Origin: an uncultured Acidimicrobiales bacterium
GTDB taxonomy: Bacteria; Actinomycetota; Acidimicrobiia; Acidimicrobiales; VFJN01
Assembly (NCBI GenBank): GCA_963802385.1
Contig: CAWDIO010000008.1
Location: 242,755 to 306,754 of the forward strand
Length of the DNA stretch: 64,000 nt
Direction of reading: 5' to 3'
Below are positions 1-12,968 of the stretch, one piece after another. Position 1 is the first letter of the stretch. Every line of letters starts with the position of its first letter. The translations under genes were made by a program, and so were the position numbers. The notes beneath the pieces are model-generated. The model had not been told where the DNA came from, ran no database searches, and saw only the letters and a program-made list of their open reading frames with translations.

Positions 1-153
1 TGAGGCAGAGGCGAGAGTCGGGCATTGCCGGTCACGCTACCGGCCGTCGCCGTGCCCGCCGACGCGCAACTGGAACGCGGCCGCCGACCGCCGGGGGAAT
101 GCACGGAACTAGATTGGACCGTGGTACCACGTGAACCGAGGCGGAAGCACTAG

Positions 154-990
154 ATGGACTCACCGGAGCAGTGGCGCTGGATCTGGTTGGCGGCCACGGC
201 CGTGTTCGCCATCGGGGAGATGGCGACGCCGGGCTCGTTCTTCCTCGCGCCTTTCGCCGCCGGCGCTCTGGTGGCCAGCCTGCTCGCCTTCGCCGGCGTC
301 AGCGTGCTGGTCGAGTGGATCGTGTTCATCGTGGTCTCGGTGGCGATGCTGGCCCTGCTCCGTCCCCTGTCCCGCCGCCTCGACCGGGATGCGCTGGACC
401 ACGGCGTCGGCTCCCGCCGCCTGATCGGCCGCCAGGCGACGGTGCTGCGCACCATCCCCGCAGGCGACGAGATCGGCATGGTCCGGGTCGACCGGGAGCA
501 GTGGCGAGCCCAGTCCATCGACGGCACCCCGATCGCCGAGGGCAGGGCGGTGCGCATCGCCGACGTCCAGGGCACCCGGGTCATCGTCGCCCCTGTGGAC
601 GGCACGCCCAGCTCGGCCGAAATGGCACCCGAACCCACCGACGACGAGGCCGCGGCCGACGCCATCCCTACCGAGCCCGCCGTCGCCCCGAACCCACCGA
701 CGCCCACCGCGCCCCCCGCCGCCCCGGCCGACCCCAGCCCCACCGCCGGGACATCGCCCGCCTCCACCTCTGGCCCCGCGGCCACGGGGCCAGCCGGGCC
801 CGCGGCGTCAGTGCAACAGGTCGACACGCCGGAGCCCACCCGGCCGGCCCCCAGCCAACCGCGCCCGCCACGCCGCCCGAGCCTGCCGCCTCAGCACCGG
901 CGACGGGGCCGCACCCAGCGAGCCGCCCGCGCCGGAGCCGTCCCCGAACCAGTCGAGCCGCCCGCCGGCGACGGGCCCTCGTCACCCTGA
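154..990 (+). CDS. NfeD-like membrane protein (SPFH partner) with Pro/Ala-rich C-terminal tail
   Basis: ORF 154..990; two N-terminal hydrophobic helices then OB-like segment (GRAVRIADVQGTRVIVAPVDG) typical of short NfeD; 23 bp upstream of SPFH gene; long low-complexity P/A/T tail may be real disorder or an undetected frameshift. Confidence 0.65.
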   Translation: MDSPEQWRWIWLAATAVFAIGEMATPGSFFLAPFAAGALVASLLAFAGVSVLVEWIVFIVVSVAMLALLRPLSRRLDRDALDHGVGSRRLIGRQATVLRTIPAGDEIGMVRVDREQWRAQSIDGTPIAEGRAVRIADVQGTRVIVAPVDGTPSSAEMAPEPTDDEAAADAIPTEPAVAPNPPTPTAPPAAPADPSPTAGTSPASTSGPAATGPAGPAASVQQVDTPEPTRPAPSQPRPPRRPSLPPQHRRRGRTQRAARAGAVPEPVEPPAGDGPSSP

Positions 991-1013
991 CCCCCGACGA
1001 AGGAGCGCCTCCC

Positions 1014-2015
1014 GTGCCCTACGTGATCCTGCTGGCGGTCCTGGCGATCATCCTGTTCGTCTTCATCGCCAAGGGCGTCAAGATCGTCAACCCCTACCAG
1101 AAGGGCCTGATCGAGCAGCTCGGCAAGTACAAGGAGACGGTCGAGCCGGGCCTGCGCCTGATCATCCCGTTCATGCAGAGCCTCCGCCCGGTCGACATGC
1201 GCGAGCAGGTGGTCGACGTGCCGCCCCAGGAGGTGATCACCTCCGACAACGTGGTCGTGTCGGTGGACGCGGTCATCTACTACGAGCCGACCGAGCCCCA
1301 GAAGCTGGTCTACAACGTCGCCAACTTCATGATGGCCGTGACCAAGCTGGCGCAGACCAACCTGCGCAACGTCGTCGGTGACATGCAGCTGGACGAGGCG
1401 CTCACCTCCCGGGACAAGATCAACCTGGAGCTGCGCGAGATCCTCGACGACGCCACCGACAAGTGGGGCGTCCGCGTGGGCCGGGTGGAGATCCAGCGCA
1501 TCGACCCGCCGCCGGACGTCATGCACTCCATGCACGAGCAGATGAAGGCCGAGCGGACCCGCCGCGCCGTGGTCACCCAGGCCGACGGCGAGCGCCAGGC
1601 CGCCATCACCCGGGCCGAGGGCGAGCAGCAGGCCGTGATCCTGCGGGCCGAGGGCGACAAGCAGCAGCGCATCCTGCGGGCCGAAGGCGAGGCCCTGGCC
1701 ATCCAGCGGGTGGCCGAGGCGGAGAAGTTCCGCCAGGAGACGGTGGCCGAGGGCGAGGCCGAGGCGATCACGTCGGTGTACGGAGCCATCCACCAGGCCC
1801 ACCCCGACACGCCCCTGCTCACCATCAAGTACCTGGAAGCGCTCACCGCCATGGCCGACGGCCGCGCCACCAAGATCGTCGTCCCCACCGAGCTGGCCGG
1901 CATCGCCGGCTCGCTCACCGCGGTCGCCGACCTGCTCAACAGCTCCAATGGCAGCACCGCCCTTCCCGCGGGGGAAGGCGAGTCCCAGTCCCCGCCGGCG
2001 CCCACGGAGACCTGA
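1014..2015 (+). CDS. SPFH/band-7 (stomatin/prohibitin-like) membrane protein
   Basis: GTG start at 1014 in frame of ORF 171..2015, preceded by RBS aggagcg; N-terminal TM helix, then conserved SPFH signature (KGVKIVNPYQKGLIEQLGKY, SDNVVVSVDAVIYYE, ILDDATDKWGVRV) and A/E/Q-rich C-terminus. Confidence 0.9.
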   Translation: MPYVILLAVLAIILFVFIAKGVKIVNPYQKGLIEQLGKYKETVEPGLRLIIPFMQSLRPVDMREQVVDVPPQEVITSDNVVVSVDAVIYYEPTEPQKLVYNVANFMMAVTKLAQTNLRNVVGDMQLDEALTSRDKINLELREILDDATDKWGVRVGRVEIQRIDPPPDVMHSMHEQMKAERTRRAVVTQADGERQAAITRAEGEQQAVILRAEGDKQQRILRAEGEALAIQRVAEAEKFRQETVAEGEAEAITSVYGAIHQAHPDTPLLTIKYLEALTAMADGRATKIVVPTELAGIAGSLTAVADLLNSSNGSTALPAGEGESQSPPAPTET

Positions 2016-2033
2016 CCGCCCGACGGACGGGCG

Positions 2034-3275
2034 CTAGCGGCCCACGGGCGACGCGAGCGGTTCGAGGCGTTCCTGCCCGGTGTCCTCGTCCTCCTCCAGG
2101 CGCCAGCCCAGGCGGGCGGCCAGGAGGGGATGGCCCTCGTCGGGCCCGCTGGCGATGAGCTCGTCCCCGTGGACCAGCTCGACGTGGCCCCGGGGCCGGT
2201 ACACGTAGCGCCCGCCCCGCCGGACCGCCAGCACGTGGAAGCCGGGGTCGACGTCGAGCTGGAGCTCCTGGAGGGTGGCACCGTCGGCCGGGCGACCCGG
2301 GGGCGACGGGAACCCGCACCACCACCTCGTCGCTCTCGCCGAGGGCGATCTTGATGATGGGGTGCACCTCCTCGTGCTTCTCGATCAGCCACACCATCTG
2401 CTGGGCCGAGTCGCCCAGGTCCTCGGCCGCCTGGGACAGGTGCAGCAGGCCCCGCAGGGGGGACGGGTCGATGTCGTTGGAGGCGGCCCGCAGCACCCAC
2501 AGCTCCAGCCGGTCCTTCATCTCGTCGAGCCGGTCCTCCAGGTGGCGGACCTCGGCGGCCAGGCCCAGGTCGCGCAGCACCAGCGCCGAGTACGCCAGGC
2601 CGACCGCCGTCTCCGACACGTTCTTCATCTCGACCAGCACGTCGACCGCCCGGTCGAGGTCGGTGAGCGTGCCGTCCTCCGGCGGGGTCGGGGGCTCCCA
2701 CACCGGGGCGGCGGCCAGCTCCCGCAGCCGGGGGATGCCGGCCGGCGAGCCCCGCAGGAACAGGACGTCGCCGGGGATCATGATCTCCTCGCCCTCGACG
2801 TCGGTGATCCACTCCCGGTCGCGGCGGATGGCCACGATGCGCATGCCGGTCTGCACCGGCAGCTCCAGGTCGACCAGCGGCCGGCGGGCCAGGTGCGAGC
2901 CGTCGCGCACCCGCACCCGGTGCGAGACCTCTTCGGCGTTGGACAGGTCCGCCACCAGCTCCCGGGGGATGCCCAGGCGGTGGGTGACGATGCGGGCGAT
3001 GTCCACCGCGTTGTTGGCGATGCGCTCGATGCAGGAGATCACCTGCAGCACCGATGCCAGGGCGTCGGCCTCCCGCGGATTGCGACCCGCCATCACGCAC
3101 ACCGAGCGCATGTCGTGGACGAGGTCGTCCATGCGCTCCTCCAGCGCCGCTCGACCTCCTCGGCCATGGCGGCATCACCGAAGTAGAGCGCCGCGTAGGC
3201 CAGGTCGACCATCAACTCGGAGAGGTCCTTGCCCTCGGCCAGCATGGCTCGGAGATTTCGGGGTCTGTCATCCAT
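2034..3275 (-). CDS. PhoU-domain/TrkA-C-domain regulator (putative cation transport regulator), two apparent frameshifts
   Basis: Three ORF fragments (3093..3275, 1936..3132, 2034..2234) join into PhoU–TrkA_C–PhoU–TrkA_C architecture (MVDLAYAALYFGDAAMAEEVER | MDDLVHDMR...; ...RIVAIRRDREWITDVEGEEIMIPGDVLFLRG...; ...LQELQLDVDPGFHVLAVRRGGRYVYRPRGHVELVHGDELIASGP); one 1-nt deletion near 3155 and one 1-nt insertion near 2265; repaired gene stops 18 nt after SPFH gene end. Confidence 0.75.
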
Positions 3276-4563
3276 CGGCGGGTTCTCGCACCACGATAGG
3301 CGAGGCGGAGCGCGCCCCGAGCGTCCCGATCATGACAATCCGAGCAGCGACGATGGCGATGATGAGCGTGAAGGCGCCGACGAAGTCGACCGTCGAGCTC
3401 ACGACCGGGATCCCGTAGGTGTCGGGGTCGAGGTTGGCCCGGTAGGCGGCCACGGTGCCGTAGTAGGCCACGGCCACCACGAACACCACCGCCATCGCAC
3501 CGGCGATGAGCGACACCAGCATCATCTGGACGGCGCCCGGAGTGGACTCGCCCAGCGCCCGGGCCACCAGGTCGGCCCCCAGCCCGTTGAACAGGTAGAC
3601 GGGCATCGCGAGCAGGAAGATGAGGCTGATGTCGCGGCGGGCCTCCCGGTTGGGGTTGGAGGTCGGCGGGACGAGGCCGAGGAACAGCTTGGTCGACAGT
3701 CGCCCCGACAGGATGCCGCCCAGGGCGCCCGAGCTCGACAGGTGGGCGGGCACCAGCACCAGCAACGCCGGCAGGGCGTCGAAGCGGGCGAAGGACTTCT
3801 CGAGGGTGACGCCCGCGCAGGCGCTGATGAACCCGGCCACCAGCAGCACCGGCACCGACTCGTGCACGATGCGGCGCAACCCCTCGGTCGAGGACCGCCA
3901 CCCCGCCACCAGGAACACCACCGAGGCCGCCACCAGCGTGAGCCCCACCACCTGCGTCACCACCGTGAACCCGAGCAGGAAGGTCGCCAGGAACAGCGCC
4001 GGCAGCGTGAGCACGTCGCCGAGGGTCGACACCAGCGGTGCGGTCACGTTGTCCAGGTCCCAGCCGTAGCGCACCGCCCCCGCGGTCAAGCCCAGCGACG
4101 CCGCCAGGACCACGACCGAGCCCAGCAGCCCCCCGACGATCGACACCGTGGCCATCGACAGCAGGTCGATCGAGTCCGGGATGCCGAGCCCGACGGCCAC
4201 CGCCTTGGCGATAACCGCCAGCGCCAGCGAGATGCCCATCGTGAGCAGCATCGACGCCAGCACGTTCTGTCCCAGCACGGCCTCCCGCCGCAGCGACCAG
4301 CGGAAGATGCCCGCGTGGATCGAGGTCGAGATGCGGTTGCCGAACGAGCCGAAGATGTTGCCCCGCAGCCCGATGGCGGCCGGCACCAGCACCAGCAGGC
4401 CGGGGTAGCGGGCCAGCGTGCCCGTGATGGCGCCGAGGAAGGCGCCGGCCACCAGGCTGGTCGACGAGTTCAGCCCGAGCGCGACAAGGCTCTGCCGGAC
4501 ACCCGCGGCGTCCGGTCCCAACAGGGCGCGCAGGCGCGCGGCGGAGACGAGGTTCGAGCGCAT
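3268..4563 (-). CDS. MgtE-like divalent cation (Mg2+/Co2+) permease with duplicated MgtE membrane domain (COG1824-like)
   Basis: ORF 3268..4563; about 10 TM helices, two repeats each with D-x-D-N/T..P motifs (DLDNVTAPLVSTLGDV; DPDTYGIPVVSSTVDFVG); overlaps PhoU/TrkA-C gene start by 8 nt (operon), as is typical for this transporter/regulator pair. Confidence 0.75.
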   Translation of the reverse strand: MRSNLVSAARLRALLGPDAAGVRQSLVALGLNSSTSLVAGAFLGAITGTLARYPGLLVLVPAAIGLRGNIFGSFGNRISTSIHAGIFRWSLRREAVLGQNVLASMLLTMGISLALAVIAKAVAVGLGIPDSIDLLSMATVSIVGGLLGSVVVLAASLGLTAGAVRYGWDLDNVTAPLVSTLGDVLTLPALFLATFLLGFTVVTQVVGLTLVAASVVFLVAGWRSSTEGLRRIVHESVPVLLVAGFISACAGVTLEKSFARFDALPALLVLVPAHLSSSGALGGILSGRLSTKLFLGLVPPTSNPNREARRDISLIFLLAMPVYLFNGLGADLVARALGESTPGAVQMMLVSLIAGAMAVVFVVAVAYYGTVAAYRANLDPDTYGIPVVSSTVDFVGAFTLIIAIVAARIVMIGTLGARSASPIVVREPADG

Positions 4564-4634
4564 GGAGGACCTGGTGACGGAGGGCCGTCGTCGAGTCTGC
4601 TCATCGTGTGCGGACAGTCTGCAACACTCGCCCG

Positions 4635-5297
4635 ATGCCGGGAGAGACGAGGCGCGCCCGACGGACCGCCGCGGCCGCGGTCGCCGTGCTGCTGGGCCTG
4701 TCCGCCGCCGCGGCGTGCGGCGACGACGGCCGGGCCCTGCGCGACCCCTCGCCGGACCAGACCACCACCAGCGCGGTCCCGACCACGCCCAGCAGCGGAG
4801 CGCCGGCGGGAAGCGTGCTGGGCGACGGCAGCACCAGCTCGACCGAGCCGCTGCGGCTGTCCAGCCCCGCCTTCGCCGACGGTGGCGCCATCCCCGCCAC
4901 CTACACCTGCCGCGGCGCGGACGTGTCGCCTCCGCTGTCCTGGACCGGCGTCCCGCCGAACACCGTCGAGCTGGCCGTGGTCATGCGCGACATCGACCCC
5001 GCGGCCGAGGGGTTCGTCCATTGGGTGGTGGCGGGCATCGCACCCGGCGTGGGCGGCCTGGCCGAGGCGGGCACGCCGCCGGGGGTCGAGGCCGAGAACG
5101 ACTTCGGGCGGCCGGGCTGGGCCGGGCCGTGCCCGCCGTCGGGCACGCACGACTACGAGATCCGGCTCTACGCGCTGGCCGAGCCCTCCGGCGTGACGGC
5201 CGGGATGCCCGCCGAGCAGGCGGCCCAGGCGGTGGAGTCGCGGGCGTCGTTCATGTCCTCGGTGCTCAGCGGGAACTTCGCCGCCACCAACCCCTAG
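4635..5297 (+). CDS. YbhB/YbcL-family PEBP (Raf-kinase-inhibitor-like) lipoprotein
   Basis: ORF 4608..5297; signal peptide with lipobox LSAAAACG, conserved PEBP core (FVHWVVAGI, GRPGWAGPCPPSGTHDYEIRLYAL). Confidence 0.85.
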   Translation: MPGETRRARRTAAAAVAVLLGLSAAAACGDDGRALRDPSPDQTTTSAVPTTPSSGAPAGSVLGDGSTSSTEPLRLSSPAFADGGAIPATYTCRGADVSPPLSWTGVPPNTVELAVVMRDIDPAAEGFVHWVVAGIAPGVGGLAEAGTPPGVEAENDFGRPGWAGPCPPSGTHDYEIRLYALAEPSGVTAGMPAEQAAQAVESRASFMSSVLSGNFAATNP

Positions 5298-5298
5298 G

Positions 5299-5580
5299 TC
5301 AGGCGACGCGGAAGCGGGACTCGCCCCGCGGCGGCCGGTCGTCCACCGCCATCCGGTCGACGACGGCCCGGGGCGGACCGTGCCCCGCCCAGGCCAGCAG
5401 TGCGTCGACCGCGGGCCGGGGGCCCTCGGCCTCGATCTCGACCCGGCCGTCGGGCCGGTTGCGGACCCAGCCGGCCACGCCCAGGCGCTCGGCCTCGCGC
5501 CGGCAGCTCTCCCGGTACCAGACGCCCTGGACCCGGCCCGACACGAGTGCCCGCACCCGCACGACGGCCGGTGGGGTCAC
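5299..5580 (-). CDS. acyP: acylphosphatase
   Basis: C-terminal 93 aa of ORF 5299..5928: VRVRALVSGRVQGVWYRESCRREAERLGVAGWVRNRPDGRVEIEAEG; GTG start overlaps stop of upstream gene (GTGA). Confidence 0.85.
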   Translation of the reverse strand: MTPPAVVRVRALVSGRVQGVWYRESCRREAERLGVAGWVRNRPDGRVEIEAEGPRPAVDALLAWAGHGPPRAVVDRMAVDDRPPRGESRFRVA

Positions 5581-6908
5581 GCCGTCGGCTTGCGCCCGTT
5601 GTCGCCGACGTCGGGCTCGTCCTCGCTGTCGTCGTCCGCCATCTCGGCTTCCAGCTCCGCCAGAGGGTCGGGCTCGTCGTCCGTCACGTCCACCGGCGCG
5701 TCCTCGATCGGCTCGTCCTCGCTGACGTCGCGCGACTCGGCGTCTATGACGCGGCGGCCGCGGCGACTCCGCTCGCTCGGGACGGCACGCTCGGCTAACC
5801 GAGCGGGGAGGTCGGCGCGACGGACCTGGAAGCTGGCCACGCCGAGCGCGATCAACGACGGCAGGAAGACGACGGCGGACGGCAACAGGACGATGATCGC
5901 CATGCCGATCATGGAGTAGGTCAGCCATCGGGCGCGGTCCGGGCGCCGGTTGGCGTACAGCGCGACGAACAGGGTCATGACCAGGGGCAGGAGCAGGAAC
6001 AGCAGGATCCCCGGGCCGTTGGCGGCGAGCTGCGACTCCGACCGGTCCGGCAGCGGCTGACCGGTGACGGCCTCGCGTGCCACGTGGGCGACGCCGCCGA
6101 ACTGGAGCGGGAACGGCTCGCCGCGGTCGTCCACCGGGACCTTCGCGAACACGAGGACGAACACCGAGCCCACGAGGGCCAGGACCACCGAGGCGAGCAC
6201 CGCCCGGTCGCCGGGGCGGCGGCTGCGGATCATCCCCATGACACCGCTCGGCGGCGGCGCCGAGGCGGAGGCGGTGGGCCCGGACGAGCGGCCGGCACCA
6301 CCGGAGCGGCCCGAGCCCGACGAGGAGGAAGAGGAGGACGACGAGGCAGCGGTCTGCGCCGCGACGGCGTTCTCGCGACGGGCGGCGAGCGCCTCGCGGC
6401 TCGCCCGGTTGCGGGCGGCCCGGCGCTGCTTGGAGTCTTGGCGCTTATCCGGCACGGCCGCAACGGTAGGCCCGCCGGCGGACCCGGGGCGACCGGCCCG
6501 GCCCAGGAGCCGGTCGAGCACGGCCGGATCGCCCGGCCACGCTTCTTCCAGCACGTCCCTCGGTACCCGCCGCGCTGCGTAGCGCAGCGTCAGCGCCAGC
6601 ACGACTGCATCGTCGAGCGGACCGATGACCGGCAGGAACTCGGGCACGAGATCGATGGGCGACAGGCACCACAGGCCCGCCAGGGCAACGGCCACCTTGG
6701 CCCGCCGCGGGACCCGGGGGTCGCGGGCCAGCGTGCGGGCGGCCCGCACGCCGTTGGGCAGCAGGCCCGCCAGCTCGCGGGCCGTGCCCGGAGGCAGGCG
6801 GGCGGCCAGCACCACCAGGACCGCCCACGACGCGGCGAGGAACGCCAAGCCGATGGCCACGGCCCGTACCCATCCCCCGAGATCCACGGGCCACAGCGTG
6901 ACGCCCAT
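5577..6908 (-). CDS. membrane protein: N-terminal DUF1232 (YkvA-like), poly-Ser linker, C-terminal 4-TM domain and acidic tail
   Basis: ORF 5577..6908; DUF1232 motif LSPIDLVPEFLPVIGPLDDAVVLALTL; internal S9 run; second hydrophobic module from MGMIRSRRPGD; D/E-rich C-terminus; could be two genes fused by an indel. Confidence 0.5.
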   Translation of the reverse strand: MGVTLWPVDLGGWVRAVAIGLAFLAASWAVLVVLAARLPPGTARELAGLLPNGVRAARTLARDPRVPRRAKVAVALAGLWCLSPIDLVPEFLPVIGPLDDAVVLALTLRYAARRVPRDVLEEAWPGDPAVLDRLLGRAGRPGSAGGPTVAAVPDKRQDSKQRRAARNRASREALAARRENAVAAQTAASSSSSSSSSGSGRSGGAGRSSGPTASASAPPPSGVMGMIRSRRPGDRAVLASVVLALVGSVFVLVFAKVPVDDRGEPFPLQFGGVAHVAREAVTGQPLPDRSESQLAANGPGILLFLLLPLVMTLFVALYANRRPDRARWLTYSMIGMAIIVLLPSAVVFLPSLIALGVASFQVRRADLPARLAERAVPSERSRRGRRVIDAESRDVSEDEPIEDAPVDVTDDEPDPLAELEAEMADDDSEDEPDVGDNGRKPTA

Positions 6909-6914
6909 GGGAGC

Positions 6915-10603
<3,689 letters not shown>

Positions 10604-10617
10604 GCCCGCCACTATAG

Positions 10618-10631
10618 CGAACGTATGTACG
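10618..10631 (-). promoter_or_regulatory. LexA (Cheo-type SOS) box upstream of dnaE2
   Basis: cgaacgtatgtacg = GAAC-N4-GTAC, one mismatch to actinobacterial GAAC-N4-GTTC; lies 6-15 nt upstream of the dnaE2 GTG; minus strand reads CGTACATACGTTCG-CTATAGT-GGCGGGCGTG, so a -10-like TATAGT sits just before the start codon (short or leaderless transcript). Confidence 0.6.
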
Positions 10632-11088
10632 GGGTCTATCCTCAGATCGCGATCATGTGTGGCCGTGCGACGCGTGCGGGCGGCCATGACCCGAAGATAG
10701 GACCTCAAGTGAACTTGAGGTCAGCCCGACACCCGCGGCTCCGGAGGGGCTGGACCGACCGACGACATCCCGCGGCCCTGCTACCACACCGTCTCTCGGC
10801 TCGGTGCCGGCGCCCGCGAGCCCGAACAGCACGAGCATGCTCGCCAGACGATCGGGCGTTGCGTCCCTACGGTGGGCCTTCGATCACAGAGCACGCCGAG
10901 GGCAACGCTCCGCTGACGATCGCTGCGGCGGACGCAACCGCGCAGGGCAGGATCGGCCTGCTCCTTGCTATCGTCGGCCGTCGAGCGTTCGCAGGTGCAG
11001 GTCGGCGTGCAGTTGCTCCGGTTGCTCCCGGTGGCCCCGGACCCTGGCCCTCGTGGCGACTCGACGCCAGGAACAACGAAGAGAACGT

Positions 11089-11276
11089 CATGCTCGAGAT
11101 GCGTCCAGCCTGTGAGCGATGCCAGTCGCCCCTCGAGGCGACGTCCACCGACGCGCTCGATCTGCAGCTACGAGTGCACCTTCTGTCGTGTCTGCGCCGA
11201 AGAGCTCAACGAGGTCTGCCCGAATTGTGGTGGAGTGCTTGTCGCGCGCCCACCACGCGCCGCAACGGCCAGCTGA
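11089..11276 (+). CDS. DUF1272 zinc-ribbon small protein, apparent 1-nt insertion
   Basis: MLEMRPACERCQSPLEATSTDA (frame 1, RBS gaacaacgaagagaacgtcATG) continues in another frame as ICSYECTFCRVCAEELNEVCPNCGGVLVARPPRA; DUF1272 consensus ...STEAMICSFECTFC... is restored if one g in ctcgatc (about 11150) is removed. Confidence 0.7.
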
Positions 11277-11324
11277 ACCGCCCCGGCCGCCTGGCACGGC
11301 CCGCGGCGCGCACGTCTCGTCGCC

Positions 11325-11777
11325 TCAGTCGTTCGGGGCCGGGTCGTGCAGCCCGGCTGCCCATTGGTTGGTGTCGGTGATCTGTCGCAGTTCGGTGATG
11401 GTGCCGTCGACGACCTGGATGATGTGAGCGAACGCGGCGGTCATGGACCTGCCTGTTGACGGCACGACGCCTCGGTAGTCGCCGATGGCGATGACGGTGT
11501 CGACCCCCGCGTGGTAGATCCGCTCGGGATGGGGCAGCGCAGCGAATGTCGCCATCACCGGGAGCCACACACGGTCCATCATCGCCTGGGCGCCCCGGTA
11601 TGTCCCGCCGAGGCCGCCCGGGAACCCCTGGCTGACGTGGCCGATGAAGTCCGGCGCGAGCGTGTCCAAGACGCCAGTCGGGTCGAGACGGTGGATCGCC
11701 TGGTAGAACTCGACCACGACCGCGAGGTGCGCCGTCGCGGGATCGCTCGCGTCGCCGACGATCTCAGGTTTCAACAT
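11325..11777 (-). CDS. SnoaL-like/NTF2-fold protein
   Basis: C-terminal 150 aa of ORF 11325..12104 (MLKPEIVGD...VVEFYQAIHRLDPTGVLDTLAPDFIGH...AIGDYRGVVPSTGRSMTAAFAHIIQVVDGTITELRQITD); start ATG at 11777. Confidence 0.7.
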   Translation of the reverse strand: MLKPEIVGDASDPATAHLAVVVEFYQAIHRLDPTGVLDTLAPDFIGHVSQGFPGGLGGTYRGAQAMMDRVWLPVMATFAALPHPERIYHAGVDTVIAIGDYRGVVPSTGRSMTAAFAHIIQVVDGTITELRQITDTNQWAAGLHDPAPND

Positions 11778-11820
11778 GCGCTGCTCCGGTGTGGGCTTGC
11801 CGGCTGGCCCGGTATCGATG

Positions 11821-12397
11821 TCATCGGGCTTCGCCGAGCCGCACCGCGGTGTGGCGGCACGCCTCGAACAGGGCTCGGGCCTCATGGCGATCCATGCCGG
11901 CGCGAGCGAGCACCAACGCTCCCACGCACAGCGACATGACGGTTCGGGCCGTGTCTTGCCGCCACTGCTCGGGACCGTCCAGGCGGGCCGCGAGCGCGTC
12001 GGCAAAGCAGGCCACGGATGCCCCGTACGACGCGCGGGGAAGGTCCCCGCCCCGGGCGACGTCGCCTCCGAGCGCCGCGAGCGGGCACCCTCCCGCCCGG
12101 TCACTCCGGTGCTGCTCGTTCAGGTATAGGGAGACGAAAGCCCCGAGCCACTCACCGCCGCGCGGCTCGCCGGCGGGTGTCCGCCGCGGTCAGGCCCTCG
12201 TCCGCGGCATGGGCGATCGCCTCGGCAAACAGCACTTCCTTCGAGCCGAAGTCCGCGTAGAAGCCGCCATGGGTCAGTCCGGCGTCGCTCATGATCTCGG
12301 CGACCGACGCCCCGAACCCCTCGTCTCTGAATCGGCGAGCCGCGCAGGCGATGATCCGACGGCGGGTCTCCCGCTTGTGATCAGGGGTGTAGCGCAA
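11821..12397 (-). CDS. TetR-family transcriptional regulator, apparent frameshift(s)
   Basis: N-terminal HTH in ORF 12152..12397 (RRRIIACAARRFRDEGFGASVAEIMSDAGLTHGGFYADFGSKEVLF), C-terminal ligand domain in ORF 11821..12015; intervening 12016-12151 encodes continuing TetR sequence (GCPLAALGGDVARGGD) in a third frame. Confidence 0.7.
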
Positions 12398-12420
12398 GCC
12401 CGGCCTCCTTCGCTTGCCAT

Positions 12421-12442
12421 TAGATGATGATCTATCATACTA
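12421..12442. promoter_or_regulatory. AT-rich inverted repeat (ATGAT-N5-ATCAT), candidate TetR operator in divergent tetR/DUF4242 intergenic region
   Basis: tagatgatgatctatcatacta in an otherwise ~70% GC region, between divergently transcribed genes. Confidence 0.45.
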
Positions 12443-12511
12443 TGCCCGACAGCCGGCCTGCCACAAGGCCAGCGCCGTCCCGCCCAGACACCACACACCA
12501 GGGAGCCCGCA

Positions 12512-12793
12512 GTGAAGTACTTCATCGACACCCACGACCGAACCAGGAACAGCTTCCCCGCCGAGGAAGCGTCACAAGAGCAGTTCCTCGCCATCTACAG
12601 CGGCATGGACGAGGCCCTGCTATCCGAAGGCGGCTTCCTCAGCGGAGCACACGTCAACCTCGCCGAAGGCAAAGCCTTCTGCCACACCGCAGCCGCAGAC
12701 GAAGCGGCCGTCGCAGCCGCGCACGAAAAGATCGGGCTCCCCTACGACTCGATCACCCAGGTGCACCGCGTCAGCGGCATCGACCTGCGCTAG
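12512..12793 (+). CDS. DUF4242 domain protein (SCO4226-like)
   Basis: ORF 12512..12793, 93 aa, GTG start after RBS gggag; pattern MKYFIDTHDR...EEASQEQFLAIYSG...AEGKAFCHTAAADEAAVAAAHEKIG fits DUF4242. Confidence 0.65.
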   Translation: MKYFIDTHDRTRNSFPAEEASQEQFLAIYSGMDEALLSEGGFLSGAHVNLAEGKAFCHTAAADEAAVAAAHEKIGLPYDSITQVHRVSGIDLR

Positions 12794-12968
12794 CCACACC
12801 CGCGAGCCGCCGGCCGGCACCCGTTGACAACACGCTGTGAGCAGTCAACTGCCGAGGTTCGGCGGCGACGGCGGACCGCGACGACTCCGACCGAACACGC
12901 CGGCGCGCGGCGCCGGCCCTATGACGGGGACGTGAACCATCATCGACCTGACGCCCTTCGCCGATCTG

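Noticed and set aside
154-990. NfeD long C-terminal tail as a separate gene
   Set aside because: There is no start codon, RBS or composition change. The tail is most simply a disordered extension, or the result of an undetected frameshift.
171-2015. Long ORFs whose N-terminal parts run antisense or out of frame through other genes (e.g. 171..2015 N-terminus, 1310..3178, 3229..5196, 6084..8042, 8144..11380, 17383..19410, 18956..21970, 43325..45499, 52957..54510)
   Set aside because: Gly/Arg/Pro-rich low-complexity translations typical of spurious open frames in >70% GC DNA. Each overlaps a gene with clear family signatures on the other strand or frame.
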